Source: Alphaproteobacteria bacterium (GTDB lineage: Bacteria; Pseudomonadota; Alphaproteobacteria; SHVW01). From it: DNA of 64,000 nucleotides. The translations under genes were made by a program, and so were the position numbers. Location of the stretch: the NCBI GenBank assembly GCA_016869645.1, contig VGDO01000002.1, positions 15,479-79,478 of the forward strand. Reading direction: 5' to 3'. Positions 49,619-60,796 of this stretch are shown here, piece after piece. Position 1 is the stretch's first letter; each line of letters opens with the position of its first letter. The notes under the pieces are model-generated. The model made no database searches. It was not told the origin of the DNA and worked only from the letters and a program-made list of their open reading frames with translations.

Positions 49619-52068
49619 GCGAGGTCTTGGAACGAGCGGCGGCGGGCGTCGTGCCGTCGTCGGACGACGCCTTGGCGTTGTCCGAGCGCGACGACCTCGA
49701 GGCGCTCATGGCCGCCGCGGCCATCGTCCGCGACCGCGGTCATGGCAATCTCGTGTCCTATTCGCGCAAGGTCTTCATCCCGCTGACACGGCTGTGCCGT
49801 GATACGTGCCACTACTGCACCTTCGCGCATGCGCCGCGTTTGGGCGAGCCGGCCTATCTCGGGCCGGACGAGGTCCTCGCGATTGCGCGGGCCGGCGCCG
49901 CGGCCGGCTGCCGCGAGGCGCTGTTCACGTTGGGCGACAAGCCGGAGCTGTGCTACCGAGTCGCGCGCGAGGAGCTTGCCCGGCTGGGACACGGCACGAC
50001 GATTTCCTATCTCGCCGGGATGGCCAGCCTGGTTCTGCGCGAAACTGGATTGCTGCCGCACGTCAATCCCGGCGTGATGTCGCGCGACGAGATCGAGGCG
50101 TTGCGCAATGTCTCCGTCTCGCAGGGCATCATGCTGGAGAGCGCGTCGGAACGGCTGTGCCAGCGCGGCGGTCCGCATTTCGGCTCGCCCGACAAGCATC
50201 CGGCGCGGCGCCTCGCCACCATTGCCGCGGCTGGCGAAGCCGCCGTGCCGTTCACGTCGGGCATCCTCATCGGCATCGGCGAGACGCGGCGCGAGCGCAT
50301 CGAAGCGCTCTTGCAGTTGCGGAGCCTGCACCGGCGCTTCGGCCACCTGCAGGAGATCATCATCCAGAACTTCCGCGCCAAGGACGGCACGCGCATGGTG
50401 GATGCGCCGGAGCCCGATCTGACCGAGCATCTCTGGACCATCGCCGTGGCGCGCATCGTGTTCGGCCCCGACATGAACATTCAGGCGCCGCCCAACCTCA
50501 GCCCGGGCGTGCTGCCGCGCCTGATCGCCGCAGGCATCAACGACTGGGGCGGCGTGTCGCCGGTCACACCCGATCACGTCAATCCCGAGGCGCCCTGGCC
50601 GACCTTGGAGGGGCTGGCGCGGGAGACGGCATCGGGCGGCAAGGTTCTGGTCGAGCGCTTGGCGATCTATCCCGCGTATGTCCACGAGCCGGATCGCTGG
50701 TTGGCGCCCGCATTGCGCACGACCGTCTTGCGCAACACCGACGCCGATGGGCTGGCGCGGCCCGATTCTTGGGTCCCGGGGACGGGCATGCCCGTGCCTC
50801 GTGCAACCGCGCCACCGCGACCATCGGCCGGCGTCGAGCTCGATCGCATCATCGAGCGCGCGCGGACTGGCACCGGTCTCGACGAGGACGACATCGTCGA
50901 GCTGTTCGGCGCACGCGGCGACGACTTCACGGCGGTGTGCGCGGCGGCCGACCAGTTGCGTCGCGAGGTCAGCGGCGACACGGTCAGCTATGTCGTCAAT
51001 CGCAACATCAACTACACGAACATCTGCTCCTATCGCTGCAAGTTCTGCGCTTTCTCCAAGGGCAAGCTGAGCGACAATCTGCGCGGCCGGCCCTACGATC
51101 TCGATCTCGGCGAGCTCGCGCGGCGCGCCGGGGAGGCGTGGGCGCGCGGCGCAACCGAGGTGTGCCTCCAGGGCGGCATCCATCCGGAATATACGGGCGC
51201 CACCTATCTCGCAATCTGCCGCGCGGTCAAAGACGCCGTGCCCGAACTGCACATCCATGCCTTCTCGCCGCTCGAGATCTGGCAGGGTGCTTCGACGCTC
51301 GGTATGACCGTGCCGGCCTTCCTCGCCGAGCTCAAGGCAGCAGGGCTCGGCACGCTGCCCGGGACCGCTGCAGAGATCCTCGACGACGAGGTGCGCCAGG
51401 TCATCTGCCCGGACAAGGTCACGACCGATCAGTGGCTGTCGGTGATGCGGGCAGCCCACGGGCTCGGTCTGCGCACGACGGCGACCATCATGTTCGGCCA
51501 TGTCGACCGCCGGCGCCATTGGGCGCGCCACCTGCAGCGGGTGCGTCGCCTTCAGGAGGAGACCGGCGGCTTCACCGAGTTCGTGCCGCTGCCGTTCGTG
51601 CCGATGGAAACGCCGATCTACCTGCGCGGGCAGTCGCGCAGCGGGCCGACTTTCCGCGAGGCCGTGCTGATGCATGCCGTCGCGCGGCTGGCGCTGCATC
51701 CGGCGATTCCCAACATCCAGACCTCCTGGGTCAAGCTGGGTCCGGACGGCGTGACGGCGTGCCTTGCGGCCGGCGCCAACGATCTCGGCGGCACGCTGAT
51801 GAACGAGAGCATCACACGCGCCGCCGGCGCGGTGCACGGCCAGGAGATGTCGCCGGAACGCATGGAAGCTCTGATCGGCTCGCTCGGGCGGCCGGCGCGC
51901 CAGCGCACGACGCTGTATGCCGAGCCGCCGGAGGAGCGCCGCGTCCGCTCCTTCGGCGCAGCGGCCCTCGCGGACCCGATCAATGCGCCGGCCCCGCGCT
52001 ACGAACGCGCCTCCCAGGCCGCGGCGCCGGGCTCGGTGACGATCGCGCAGGCGTCGGCCACGGCCTGA
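49600..52068 (+). CDS. fbiC: Bifunctional FO synthase (CofG-CofH fusion, two radical SAM domains)
   Basis: SYSRKVFIPLT-CRDTCHYC, DWGGVSPVTPDHVNPE, NRNINYTN-CSYRCKFC, PGTAAEILDD, NDLGGTLMNESI; start GTG 49600 or 49615. Confidence 0.94.
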   Translation: MDGGIVSEVLERAAAGVVPSSDDALALSERDDLEALMAAAAIVRDRGHGNLVSYSRKVFIPLTRLCRDTCHYCTFAHAPRLGEPAYLGPDEVLAIARAGAAAGCREALFTLGDKPELCYRVAREELARLGHGTTISYLAGMASLVLRETGLLPHVNPGVMSRDEIEALRNVSVSQGIMLESASERLCQRGGPHFGSPDKHPARRLATIAAAGEAAVPFTSGILIGIGETRRERIEALLQLRSLHRRFGHLQEIIIQNFRAKDGTRMVDAPEPDLTEHLWTIAVARIVFGPDMNIQAPPNLSPGVLPRLIAAGINDWGGVSPVTPDHVNPEAPWPTLEGLARETASGGKVLVERLAIYPAYVHEPDRWLAPALRTTVLRNTDADGLARPDSWVPGTGMPVPRATAPPRPSAGVELDRIIERARTGTGLDEDDIVELFGARGDDFTAVCAAADQLRREVSGDTVSYVVNRNINYTNICSYRCKFCAFSKGKLSDNLRGRPYDLDLGELARRAGEAWARGATEVCLQGGIHPEYTGATYLAICRAVKDAVPELHIHAFSPLEIWQGASTLGMTVPAFLAELKAAGLGTLPGTAAEILDDEVRQVICPDKVTTDQWLSVMRAAHGLGLRTTATIMFGHVDRRRHWARHLQRVRRLQEETGGFTEFVPLPFVPMETPIYLRGQSRSGPTFREAVLMHAVARLALHPAIPNIQTSWVKLGPDGVTACLAAGANDLGGTLMNESITRAAGAVHGQEMSPERMEALIGSLGRPARQRTTLYAEPPEERRVRSFGAAALADPINAPAPRYERASQAAAPGSVTIAQASATA

Positions 52069-52961
52069 AGCAGGGACGGCCGCTCGTCCGCTGCGCACAG
52101 GCAGAGCGCGGTCGACAGCGCGTCGGCGTCGCTGGCGCGCGGCGCCGCGACCGTGACGGTGCGCCAGAGCGGCGCGGATGCCCCGGTCGCCGGATCGAGC
52201 AGGTGGTTGATCTGGCCGTCTGCGCTGAGCCGTGTGCCGTGGCCGCCCGACGTCGCCAGAGCGCCGGTTGCGAGAGGATAGGTCCGGTCGGGAAACGGCG
52301 GGTGACGCAGGGCGATCCGCCAGGGCGAGTCGTCGGCCTGGGAAGTCGCTGCCCTGAATTCGCCGGCATTGATGAGGACATGCGCGAAGCCGAGGTCCTG
52401 GAGCAAGTCTGCGATGCGGTCGGTTACGTAGCCTTGAGCGATGCCGTTGAGGGTTGCCGCCATGCCTTCGCGCGCGAATGCTATGCGGCCGACCGCTGCC
52501 TCGACTTGACGGTAGTCGACCAGTCCCAGGGCTGCCTCGGCGGCGCGCCGATCGGGCGTGCCGGCGGACTCTGCAAGCAGCCGCCAGAGCGGCTGGATCG
52601 TGATGTCGAATCGGCCGCCGGTCGCCGCGCCGAAGCGCAGCGACTGCTCGACGAGGCGTCGCATGTCGAGCGACGGCCGGAGGAGTTCGCCCTCCCGGTT
52701 GAGCCTGCTTAGCGCAAAGTCGGCGCGGTACAGGCTGAATTCGTTCTCCAGCCGGTCGATCTCGGCCCGGCAAACCTCGAGTGCGGCCACGCCTCTGATC
52801 CGATCGAAATGGTGGAGCGTGATCCGCGCCGGGGCGCCGAGCGCCGTGCCGCGCCACTCGTGGCGCAGGCCGTCGCGATCGGCCGGCGGCAGTTGCCAGC
52901 CGGGCATGCCAAGCGCAGAAGCGGCGCCGAGCGCGGCCAAGAACCGCCTGCGCGTCGGCAT
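51999..52961 (-). CDS. nirX: FAD:protein FMN transferase (ApbE/NosX family), Tat-exported
   Basis: TRRRFL Tat signal; FSLY, GRFDITIQPLW, LNGIAQGY, ATSG, DALSTA; lies downstream of nirI. Confidence 0.85.
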   Translation of the reverse strand: MPTRRRFLAALGAASALGMPGWQLPPADRDGLRHEWRGTALGAPARITLHHFDRIRGVAALEVCRAEIDRLENEFSLYRADFALSRLNREGELLRPSLDMRRLVEQSLRFGAATGGRFDITIQPLWRLLAESAGTPDRRAAEAALGLVDYRQVEAAVGRIAFAREGMAATLNGIAQGYVTDRIADLLQDLGFAHVLINAGEFRAATSQADDSPWRIALRHPPFPDRTYPLATGALATSGGHGTRLSADGQINHLLDPATGASAPLWRTVTVAAPRASDADALSTALCLCAADERPSLLQAVADACAIVTEPGAAAWEARS

Positions 52962-52989
52962 CGCGGCGTGTGCAGGCGGCGCCGGCGAA

Positions 52990-55155
52990 TCACGACTTGG
53001 CACGGTTGGCCTCCTTGGCCGCAAGTTCCGGATGGTCGCGAGCGGCTCCGCGATGGTCGCGGCGCGTCCGGCGCATGATCAGGGGCGGACACACCGAGTC
53101 GTCGAAATAGTTGGTCTGGCAGCGCAGGCAGTAAATGCATTCATTCGAGTTGATGTGACCGTCGGGGTGGATGGCCTGAACCGGGCATCGCTGCGCGCAG
53201 ATCTGGCATTCGGTGCCGCATTGGCGGCGCCGCTTCAGCCATTCGAACATGCGCAGGCGCGCCGGAATGGCGAGCGCGGCGCCGAGCGGGCAGAGGTACC
53301 GGCAGAATGGCCGCTCGACGAACAGCCCGACGGCGAGCAGCAGGGTTGGGTAGAGCAGCCAGGCGTCGGGCCGCAGGAACTTGAGGCTGATCGCGGTCTT
53401 GAACGGCTCGATCTCGGCGCCGAGGATCGCGGCGTCCATGGAGCCCAGCGAGACGGCGAACAGGCAAAGGAAGGCGATGTACTTGATCGGCCACAGCCGC
53501 TCGTGCAGTCCGAAGCGCGGGCGCAACTGGGGCAGCCGCAGCGCCTGAGCGAACCTCGCCATGAGATCCTGCATCGCGCCGAACGGGCACAGCCAGCCGC
53601 AGAACACGCCACGACCCCAGAACAGGAGCGCGACGGCCACGTAGCCCCACAGCAGAAAGATCAACGGATCGAGCAGGAACAGCGTCCAATCGAAGCGCGT
53701 CAGCAGGGCGTTGGCGAAGGTGAGCACGTTGACGACCGAGAGCTGGGCGCCGGCGATCCAGCCGAGCCAGCCCAGAGCGAACCCGCTGGCGACGATCCGG
53801 ATCATCAGCCAGTGGTGCCTGCGCCGCGCCACCGGATCCTGCAGCACGAGCATGCCGGTCAGCAGCAGGAGCGCGGCGCACAGCACGACGACCTCCGGCG
53901 CGCGCGCGAGCCACATGCGTTGCCAAAGCGGCATGATTTCGTCGGCGCTCGTCGGCCCGGGTGGCGCGAGTCGTGAACCGACCGTGGCGGGCGCGAGATG
54001 TCGCGCGGGAAGTTCGTAGCCGAATGAGAACACAGCCGAGCTCGCAGAAGCGCTGGAGGCGCTGACGGCGACATCGAGGCGCCACGTCCGGGTCGGAATG
54101 AAGCCGTCGTCCGGCGACAGGACGAAAAGGGCAGTCTCACGCAGCTCAGGCGCATCGCGGGCAAGAAGCCGATCGATGCGGTGATAGCGGTCGACGCGCA
54201 GCGGGATGCTCCGCTCGCCCTGAACGAGCTGCATGCGCTCGAACACGCCGCTGCGCACATGGGCCGTGCCCTTGATCGAGTAGAGGCCGTGGGCGGCGAC
54301 GAAGACAAGCTGCGTTCCCGGGGCCGCCTCCGCCATCAGGCGATCATAGAGCGGCCCGAGGAGATTGCGGCCGATCCAAGCAGGCGTCGCGAGAGCAAGA
54401 TAGACCGTCAGGAACGTCGCATCGGGATCGGTGACGCCGGGCATGACCGCGGCACCCAGCGCACCGAGGCGCGCGGTCACCGAGGACGCGCGCAAGGTAT
54501 GGCGGACGATCGATCCGGCCGCGCTCAGTGCCGCCCAGTCCTCCCGCTCGAACCGGTCGATGTCGAGCGTATCGGTGGCCGCCGCCGACGCAGGACCCGA
54601 TGCCGCATTCAGCAGGCCCCTGCTGCGTGCGACCGCGCGCGCCGAACCGATGATGGCGTCGTTGAGCGACACGGAACTGATGGTCGCGCCTGCGATCCCC
54701 TCGAGCGTCGTGTCGTCGCCGCGACCGAGCGGCACGACCCTGACGGGCCGGTGAATGTCGAGGCCGGCATACTGGCGCACGAATTGTCGCAGCGCCTGGT
54801 CGGTCACACCGATCACCAGGATCGGCTCGTGATGCTCGACCAGCGACGCACCGGCGATGACGGCGTCGAGGGCGAGTCCGACCGCAACATTGAGCGATCG
54901 CGCGGTGAAGCCGTGCGTCGGGACGACATCCCGGCTCAAGAACGCGTAACCGATGAGTTGATCCTGCCGGTAGGCCGGGTAGGCGGGAGGCGTGCCCTCG
55001 CGGTCGCCGAACGCGTCGGCGTCCGGAAACGCCGCACGCAAGTGAGTCTCGATGGGCTGGCCTGCCTGCGCCGGCGGTTGCCAGGCCAGCCACGCGGACG
55101 CGATCAGCCCGATTGTAACCGTGAAGCGCTGACAATGCCCGAGCTTTGACAGCAT
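52990..55155 (-). CDS. nirI: NirI/NosR family FMN-binding membrane iron-sulfur protein
   Basis: GIAGATISS flavinylation motif, GRGVFCGWLCPFG, FCRYLCPLG, two C-terminal ferredoxin motifs; divergent from nirS; start uncertain. Confidence 0.88.
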   Translation of the reverse strand: MLSKLGHCQRFTVTIGLIASAWLAWQPPAQAGQPIETHLRAAFPDADAFGDREGTPPAYPAYRQDQLIGYAFLSRDVVPTHGFTARSLNVAVGLALDAVIAGASLVEHHEPILVIGVTDQALRQFVRQYAGLDIHRPVRVVPLGRGDDTTLEGIAGATISSVSLNDAIIGSARAVARSRGLLNAASGPASAAATDTLDIDRFEREDWAALSAAGSIVRHTLRASSVTARLGALGAAVMPGVTDPDATFLTVYLALATPAWIGRNLLGPLYDRLMAEAAPGTQLVFVAAHGLYSIKGTAHVRSGVFERMQLVQGERSIPLRVDRYHRIDRLLARDAPELRETALFVLSPDDGFIPTRTWRLDVAVSASSASASSAVFSFGYELPARHLAPATVGSRLAPPGPTSADEIMPLWQRMWLARAPEVVVLCAALLLLTGMLVLQDPVARRRHHWLMIRIVASGFALGWLGWIAGAQLSVVNVLTFANALLTRFDWTLFLLDPLIFLLWGYVAVALLFWGRGVFCGWLCPFGAMQDLMARFAQALRLPQLRPRFGLHERLWPIKYIAFLCLFAVSLGSMDAAILGAEIEPFKTAISLKFLRPDAWLLYPTLLLAVGLFVERPFCRYLCPLGAALAIPARLRMFEWLKRRRQCGTECQICAQRCPVQAIHPDGHINSNECIYCLRCQTNYFDDSVCPPLIMRRTRRDHRGAARDHPELAAKEANRAKS

Positions 55156-55231
55156 GACGCACCACGCTCGCGCCGTCGCCGCGGCGGCGGACGGGGCGGA
55201 CTTCAAATACACCAGTGCGGCGCGCAGCGGA

Positions 55232-57047
<1,816 letters not shown>

Positions 57048-57053
57048 GCGTCA

Positions 57054-57087
57054 CGGGGCGGGGCGGCCCGAAGGTCGTCCCGCCCCG
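57054..57087 (+). terminator. 15-bp stem-loop after nirS (mRNA-stabilising or partial terminator)
   Basis: cggggcggggcggcc-cgaa-ggtcgtcccgccccg with two G-U pairs. Confidence 0.6.
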
Positions 57088-57108
57088 CGCGCGGTAGGGA
57101 GCGCAGGA

Positions 57109-57891
57109 ATGGTGGGACGTGTCTATCTGGTAGGTGCCGGCCCCGGAGCCGCGGATATGCTGACGGTCCGGGCGCAGCGTGTGCTGCAGGGTGCCGACGT
57201 CGTCGTCTTCGACCGGCTGGTGTCGCCCGAGATCCTCGACCAGGTTCCGCGCGGCGCCATGCGCATCGACGTCGGCAAGCGACCGCAGCACCATGCCGTG
57301 CCTCAGGAGGAGATCAACGACATGCTCGTGCGCCTGGCAACGGCCGGTCGCACGGTCGTCCGGCTCAAGGGCGGCGATCCCTTTACCTTCGGGCGCGGCA
57401 GCGAGGAGGCACGGCATCTCATGCGCGCGGGCATCGCGACCGAAGTGATCGCCGGTGTCACCTCCGCCTCGGCGTGCGCAGCGGCGGTCGGCATCCCGCT
57501 CACCCATCGCGGGTTGGCGTCCGGCGTGCGCTACGTCGCCGGTCACTGCCGTAACGACGGCAACCTCGACTACGATTGGCGGGGTCTGGCCGACCCGGAC
57601 ACGACATTGGTCGTGTATATGGGCATGGCGCAGATTGGCGCGATCGCCGTCCGGCTGGTCGAAGCGGGACTCTCGCCCGAGACGCCGGCGGCGGCAATCG
57701 TCAACGGCACGACGCCGCGGCAACGCCACTGCATAGCGACCCTTGCGACGATTGCCAACCGGGCCAGGCCGTATCAAGGGCAAGGCCCGGTCCTGTTCAT
57801 CATCGGCCGCGTGGTCGGCTTGGCGCCCACGCTTGATCTTTCGCTGCCGTCGCAGCCTGGCGCCCGCGCGTGTCATGCCTCGGCGGACTAA
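57109..57891 (+). CDS. nirE: Uroporphyrinogen-III C-methyltransferase for heme d1
   Basis: VYLVGAGPG, VRLKGGDPF-FGRGSEE, GIPLTHR, VYMG; nir cluster context. Confidence 0.92.
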   Translation: MVGRVYLVGAGPGAADMLTVRAQRVLQGADVVVFDRLVSPEILDQVPRGAMRIDVGKRPQHHAVPQEEINDMLVRLATAGRTVVRLKGGDPFTFGRGSEEARHLMRAGIATEVIAGVTSASACAAAVGIPLTHRGLASGVRYVAGHCRNDGNLDYDWRGLADPDTTLVVYMGMAQIGAIAVRLVEAGLSPETPAAAIVNGTTPRQRHCIATLATIANRARPYQGQGPVLFIIGRVVGLAPTLDLSLPSQPGARACHASAD

Positions 57892-58219
57892 GGTCTACGG
57901 CCTGCTCGGCTTGCTGGCGCTCGCTGGAGCGCTGCCCGGAGCGCCGTCGTCTGCCGATCCGGACGCCGAACGGCGCCAGGGCCTGCGCCATCTGCTGCTG
58001 CACGACTGCGGGTCGTGTCACGGCCTGACCATGCGGGGCGGGCTCGGTCGACCGCTCCTGCCCGAGTCGCTGGCCGACAAATCCGACGAAGCCCTGACCT
58101 CGATCATCCTCCATGGCATGCCCGGTACGCCGATGCCGCCCTGGGCCGCCGAGATCGACGAGGACGAGGCGCTGTGGTTGGTGACGCTGCTGCGCGGAGG
58201 AGTCTCCCTTGGCGACTGA
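57875..58219 (+). CDS. nirC: Cytochrome c55X
   Basis: Signal peptide; HDCGSCHG, GGLG, PGTPMPPW. Confidence 0.9.
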   Translation: MPRRTKVYGLLGLLALAGALPGAPSSADPDAERRQGLRHLLLHDCGSCHGLTMRGGLGRPLLPESLADKSDEALTSIILHGMPGTPMPPWAAEIDEDEALWLVTLLRGGVSLGD

Positions 58220-59399
58220 TCTACGCCGCTATGCGGTCTTTGCCGTCGCTGCATGGCTGGCAGCGACGCCGGGTGCCTCTGCCGAAGACATGCGCGGCAC
58301 GGCCGATCTCGGCCTTGTGGTGGAGCGTGCGTCAGGCAGCGTTCTGATCGTCGAAACGACTGCGCGCACCAGTCTGGGGCGGGTGACCGGCTTGGGCGAT
58401 CTTTCCCATGCCTCGGCTGTGTTCTCGCGCGACGGACGCATGGCCTACGTGTTCGGCCGTGATGGCGGCCTGAACAAGGTTGACCTCCTCAGCCGTGCCC
58501 TGGTCAAGCGGATCACCCAGGCCGGCAACAGCATCGGCGGCGCGATCTCCCAGGACGGGCGCATCATCGCGGTCGCCAACTACGAGCCCGGCGGCGTGCG
58601 CCTGTTCGATGCGGCGAGTCTCGCCGCGGTCGGCGAGATTCCGGCCCTATTCGGACCGGAGCAGACACCGTCCAAGGTGGTCGGACTGGCCGACGCGCCG
58701 GGTCAGAAATTCGTGTTCACGCTGTACGACGGGGGCGAGATCTGGCTGGCCGACGTGTCCGACCCGGCCCGGCTGAAGGTCGACAAGTATCCCGGGATCG
58801 GACGCTTGCCCTATGACGGCCTCATTACGCCCGACGGTCGTACCTATGTCGCCGGACTGTTCGGCGAGGACGGTCTGGCCAAGCTCGATCTCTGGCGGCC
58901 CGAGGCTGGCGTTTCGCGCATTCTCGACGGATATGGCCGCGGCGAGGACCCGATGCCGGTCTACAAGATGCCGCACCTGCGCGGATGGGCGGTCAGTGGC
59001 GGCCACGCTTTCCTGCCGGCGATCGGCCGGCACGAGCTCCTGGTGGTCGACACGCGCTCCTGGCGCGAGGCCGCCCGCGTAACGGTGCATGGCCAGCCGG
59101 TTTTCGCAATCGCCAGCCCGGCCGGCCGACATGTCTGGGTCAATTTCGCGCATCCGCGCAACGATACCGTCCAGATAGTCGACGTGGCGACGATGGCAGT
59201 CACGCTCACGCTGAGGCCGGGGAAGGCGGTCATGCACATGGAGTTCACGCCGCGCGGAGAGCAGGTTTGGCTGTCGCTGCGCGATGAGAATCGCGTGGAC
59301 GTCTACGACACGCGCAGCTTCGTTCGCATCGCCTCGATTCCCGCACGGGCGCCGAGCGGCATCCTGCTTGCCGCCCGCGCCAACCGCATCGGATTTTGA
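58209..59399 (+). CDS. nirF: Heme d1 biosynthesis/insertion beta-propeller protein
   Basis: RGTADLG, GLGDLSHAS, FGRDGG, NSIGGAISQDG, YKMPHL, HMEFTPRG, PSGI. Confidence 0.93.
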   Translation: MATDLRRYAVFAVAAWLAATPGASAEDMRGTADLGLVVERASGSVLIVETTARTSLGRVTGLGDLSHASAVFSRDGRMAYVFGRDGGLNKVDLLSRALVKRITQAGNSIGGAISQDGRIIAVANYEPGGVRLFDAASLAAVGEIPALFGPEQTPSKVVGLADAPGQKFVFTLYDGGEIWLADVSDPARLKVDKYPGIGRLPYDGLITPDGRTYVAGLFGEDGLAKLDLWRPEAGVSRILDGYGRGEDPMPVYKMPHLRGWAVSGGHAFLPAIGRHELLVVDTRSWREAARVTVHGQPVFAIASPAGRHVWVNFAHPRNDTVQIVDVATMAVTLTLRPGKAVMHMEFTPRGEQVWLSLRDENRVDVYDTRSFVRIASIPARAPSGILLAARANRIGF

Positions 59400-59866
59400 G
59401 CATGTCGCCGGCGGCTTGCAGCGAGTTGGAGCGTCGGCTGATCGATTGCTATCAGCGCGGTCTGCCCCTCGTGCCGCGTCCCTGGGCCGAAATCGCCAAC
59501 GAGCTTGGCGTCGAGGAAGTTGACGTGCTCGCCGCGCTCGAGCGCTTGCAGCGCGACGCGATCGTGAGTCGGGTCGGTGCGGTCGTCCGGCCGCGCGCCA
59601 TCGGCGCGAGCACGTTGGCGGCCATGGTGGTGCCGCCCGAGCGCCTGGACGAGGTTGCAGCCATGGTGAGCGCCCGGCCGGAGGTCAACCACAACTACGA
59701 GCGCGAGCATCGAATCAATCTCTGGTTCGTGCTTGCGGCGTCCGACCACGATGCGGTCGAGCGTGCGATCCGCGCCATCGAGCAGGCAACCGGGATTGCC
59801 GTGATCGTCCTGCCGCTCGTCGACGAATACCGCATCGACCTGGGGTTCGAGCTGTCATGGACGTGA
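59396..59866 (+). CDS. nirD: Siroheme decarboxylase subunit (AsnC-like)
   Basis: YQRGLPLVPRP, SRVGAV, STLAAM, VNHNYEREH, IDLGF; start may be ATG 59402. Confidence 0.85.
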   Translation: MSMSPAACSELERRLIDCYQRGLPLVPRPWAEIANELGVEEVDVLAALERLQRDAIVSRVGAVVRPRAIGASTLAAMVVPPERLDEVAAMVSARPEVNHNYEREHRINLWFVLAASDHDAVERAIRAIEQATGIAVIVLPLVDEYRIDLGFELSWT

Positions 59867-60351
59867 CCGAGACGGATCGTCGATTGCTGGCCGGGATCGC
59901 CGACGGCTTGCCGTTGGTGGAGCGCCCCTATCGGCGCGTCGGCGACGATCTGGGCCTGAGCGAAGCCGAGGTGATCGCTCGGCTGCGGGCCTTGATCGGT
60001 GCGGGCATGGTCAGGCGGCTCGGCATCGTCGTTCGGCACCACGAACTCGGCTACCGGGCCAACGCCATGGCAGTGTGGGACGTGCCGGACGACCGGATCC
60101 AGGAGGCCGGCCGGCTGCTCGCCGCAGAGCCCGATGTGACTTTGTGCTACCGGCGCGATCGCCGGCCGCCCGAGTGGCCTTACAACCTTTTCGCGATGGT
60201 GCATGGACGCTGCCGGCGCCTGGTCCAGATGCGGGTGGCGCAGCTTTCGGACTTGCCGAGCCTTGCGGGCCTGCCGAACGCGGTGCTGTTCAGCCGCCGT
60301 CGATTCAAGCAACGCGGCGCGCGCTACGCGCCGCTCGCCGAGGTGGCCTGA
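59857..60351 (+). CDS. nirL: Siroheme decarboxylase subunit (AsnC-like)
   Basis: RHHELGYRANAMAVWDV, VTLCYRR, WPYNLFAMVHG, FSRRRFKQRGA. Confidence 0.85.
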   Translation: MDVTETDRRLLAGIADGLPLVERPYRRVGDDLGLSEAEVIARLRALIGAGMVRRLGIVVRHHELGYRANAMAVWDVPDDRIQEAGRLLAAEPDVTLCYRRDRRPPEWPYNLFAMVHGRCRRLVQMRVAQLSDLPSLAGLPNAVLFSRRRFKQRGARYAPLAEVA

Positions 60352-60352
60352 C

Positions 60353-60796
60353 GTGGACGGCCTCGACCGCGCCATCATCAACGCGCTTCAGGGCGGCTTT
60401 CCGATCAGCGAACGGCCTTTCGCCGATGCGGCATCGGAGCTCGGCATCGACCAAACCGAACTGATCGGACGATTGAGCCGCCTGGTCGACGACGGCGTGC
60501 TGTCGCGTTTCGGTCCCCTGTTCAATGCGGAACGCATGGGCGGCGCGGCGACGCTGGCGGCGATGTCGGTTCCGAAGGCTGACTTCGATCGGGTCGCAGC
60601 GATCGTCAACGCGCGGCCCGAAGTCGCGCATAACTACGAGCGCAACCATCGGCTCAACATGTGGTTCGTGCTGACGACCGATTGCGCCGAGGCCACAGCG
60701 CCGGTCGTGCAGGCGATCGAGGCCGAGACGGGGCTTTCCGTGCTCGTCATGCCCAAGATCGCGGAATACCGTCTCGACCTCAGGCTCGAAGCATGA
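60353..60796 (+). CDS. nirG: Siroheme decarboxylase subunit (AsnC-like)
   Basis: LQGGFP, SRFGPLFNAERMGG, VAHNYERNH, LNMWFV; GTG start behind GAGGTG. Confidence 0.85.
   Translation: MDGLDRAIINALQGGFPISERPFADAASELGIDQTELIGRLSRLVDDGVLSRFGPLFNAERMGGAATLAAMSVPKADFDRVAAIVNARPEVAHNYERNHRLNMWFVLTTDCAEATAPVVQAIEAETGLSVLVMPKIAEYRLDLRLEA

Noticed and set aside
41716-52068. Methanogenesis or archaeal contamination suggested by Mer-like and cof genes
   Set aside because: Fused FbiC, Fgd and LysR are bacterial features, composition is continuous with the flanks, and no methanopterin or mcr genes are present.
49426-52857. 1143-aa minus-strand ORF and 968-aa plus-strand ORF (49806-52712) over fbiC
   Set aside because: Arg/Ala/Pro-rich shadow frames of a GC-rich real gene, with no recognisable motifs.
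52990-55155. nosR of a nitrous oxide reductase cluster
   Set aside because: No nosZDFYL in the window; the divergent position to nirS with a downstream ApbE gene fits nirI-nirX.
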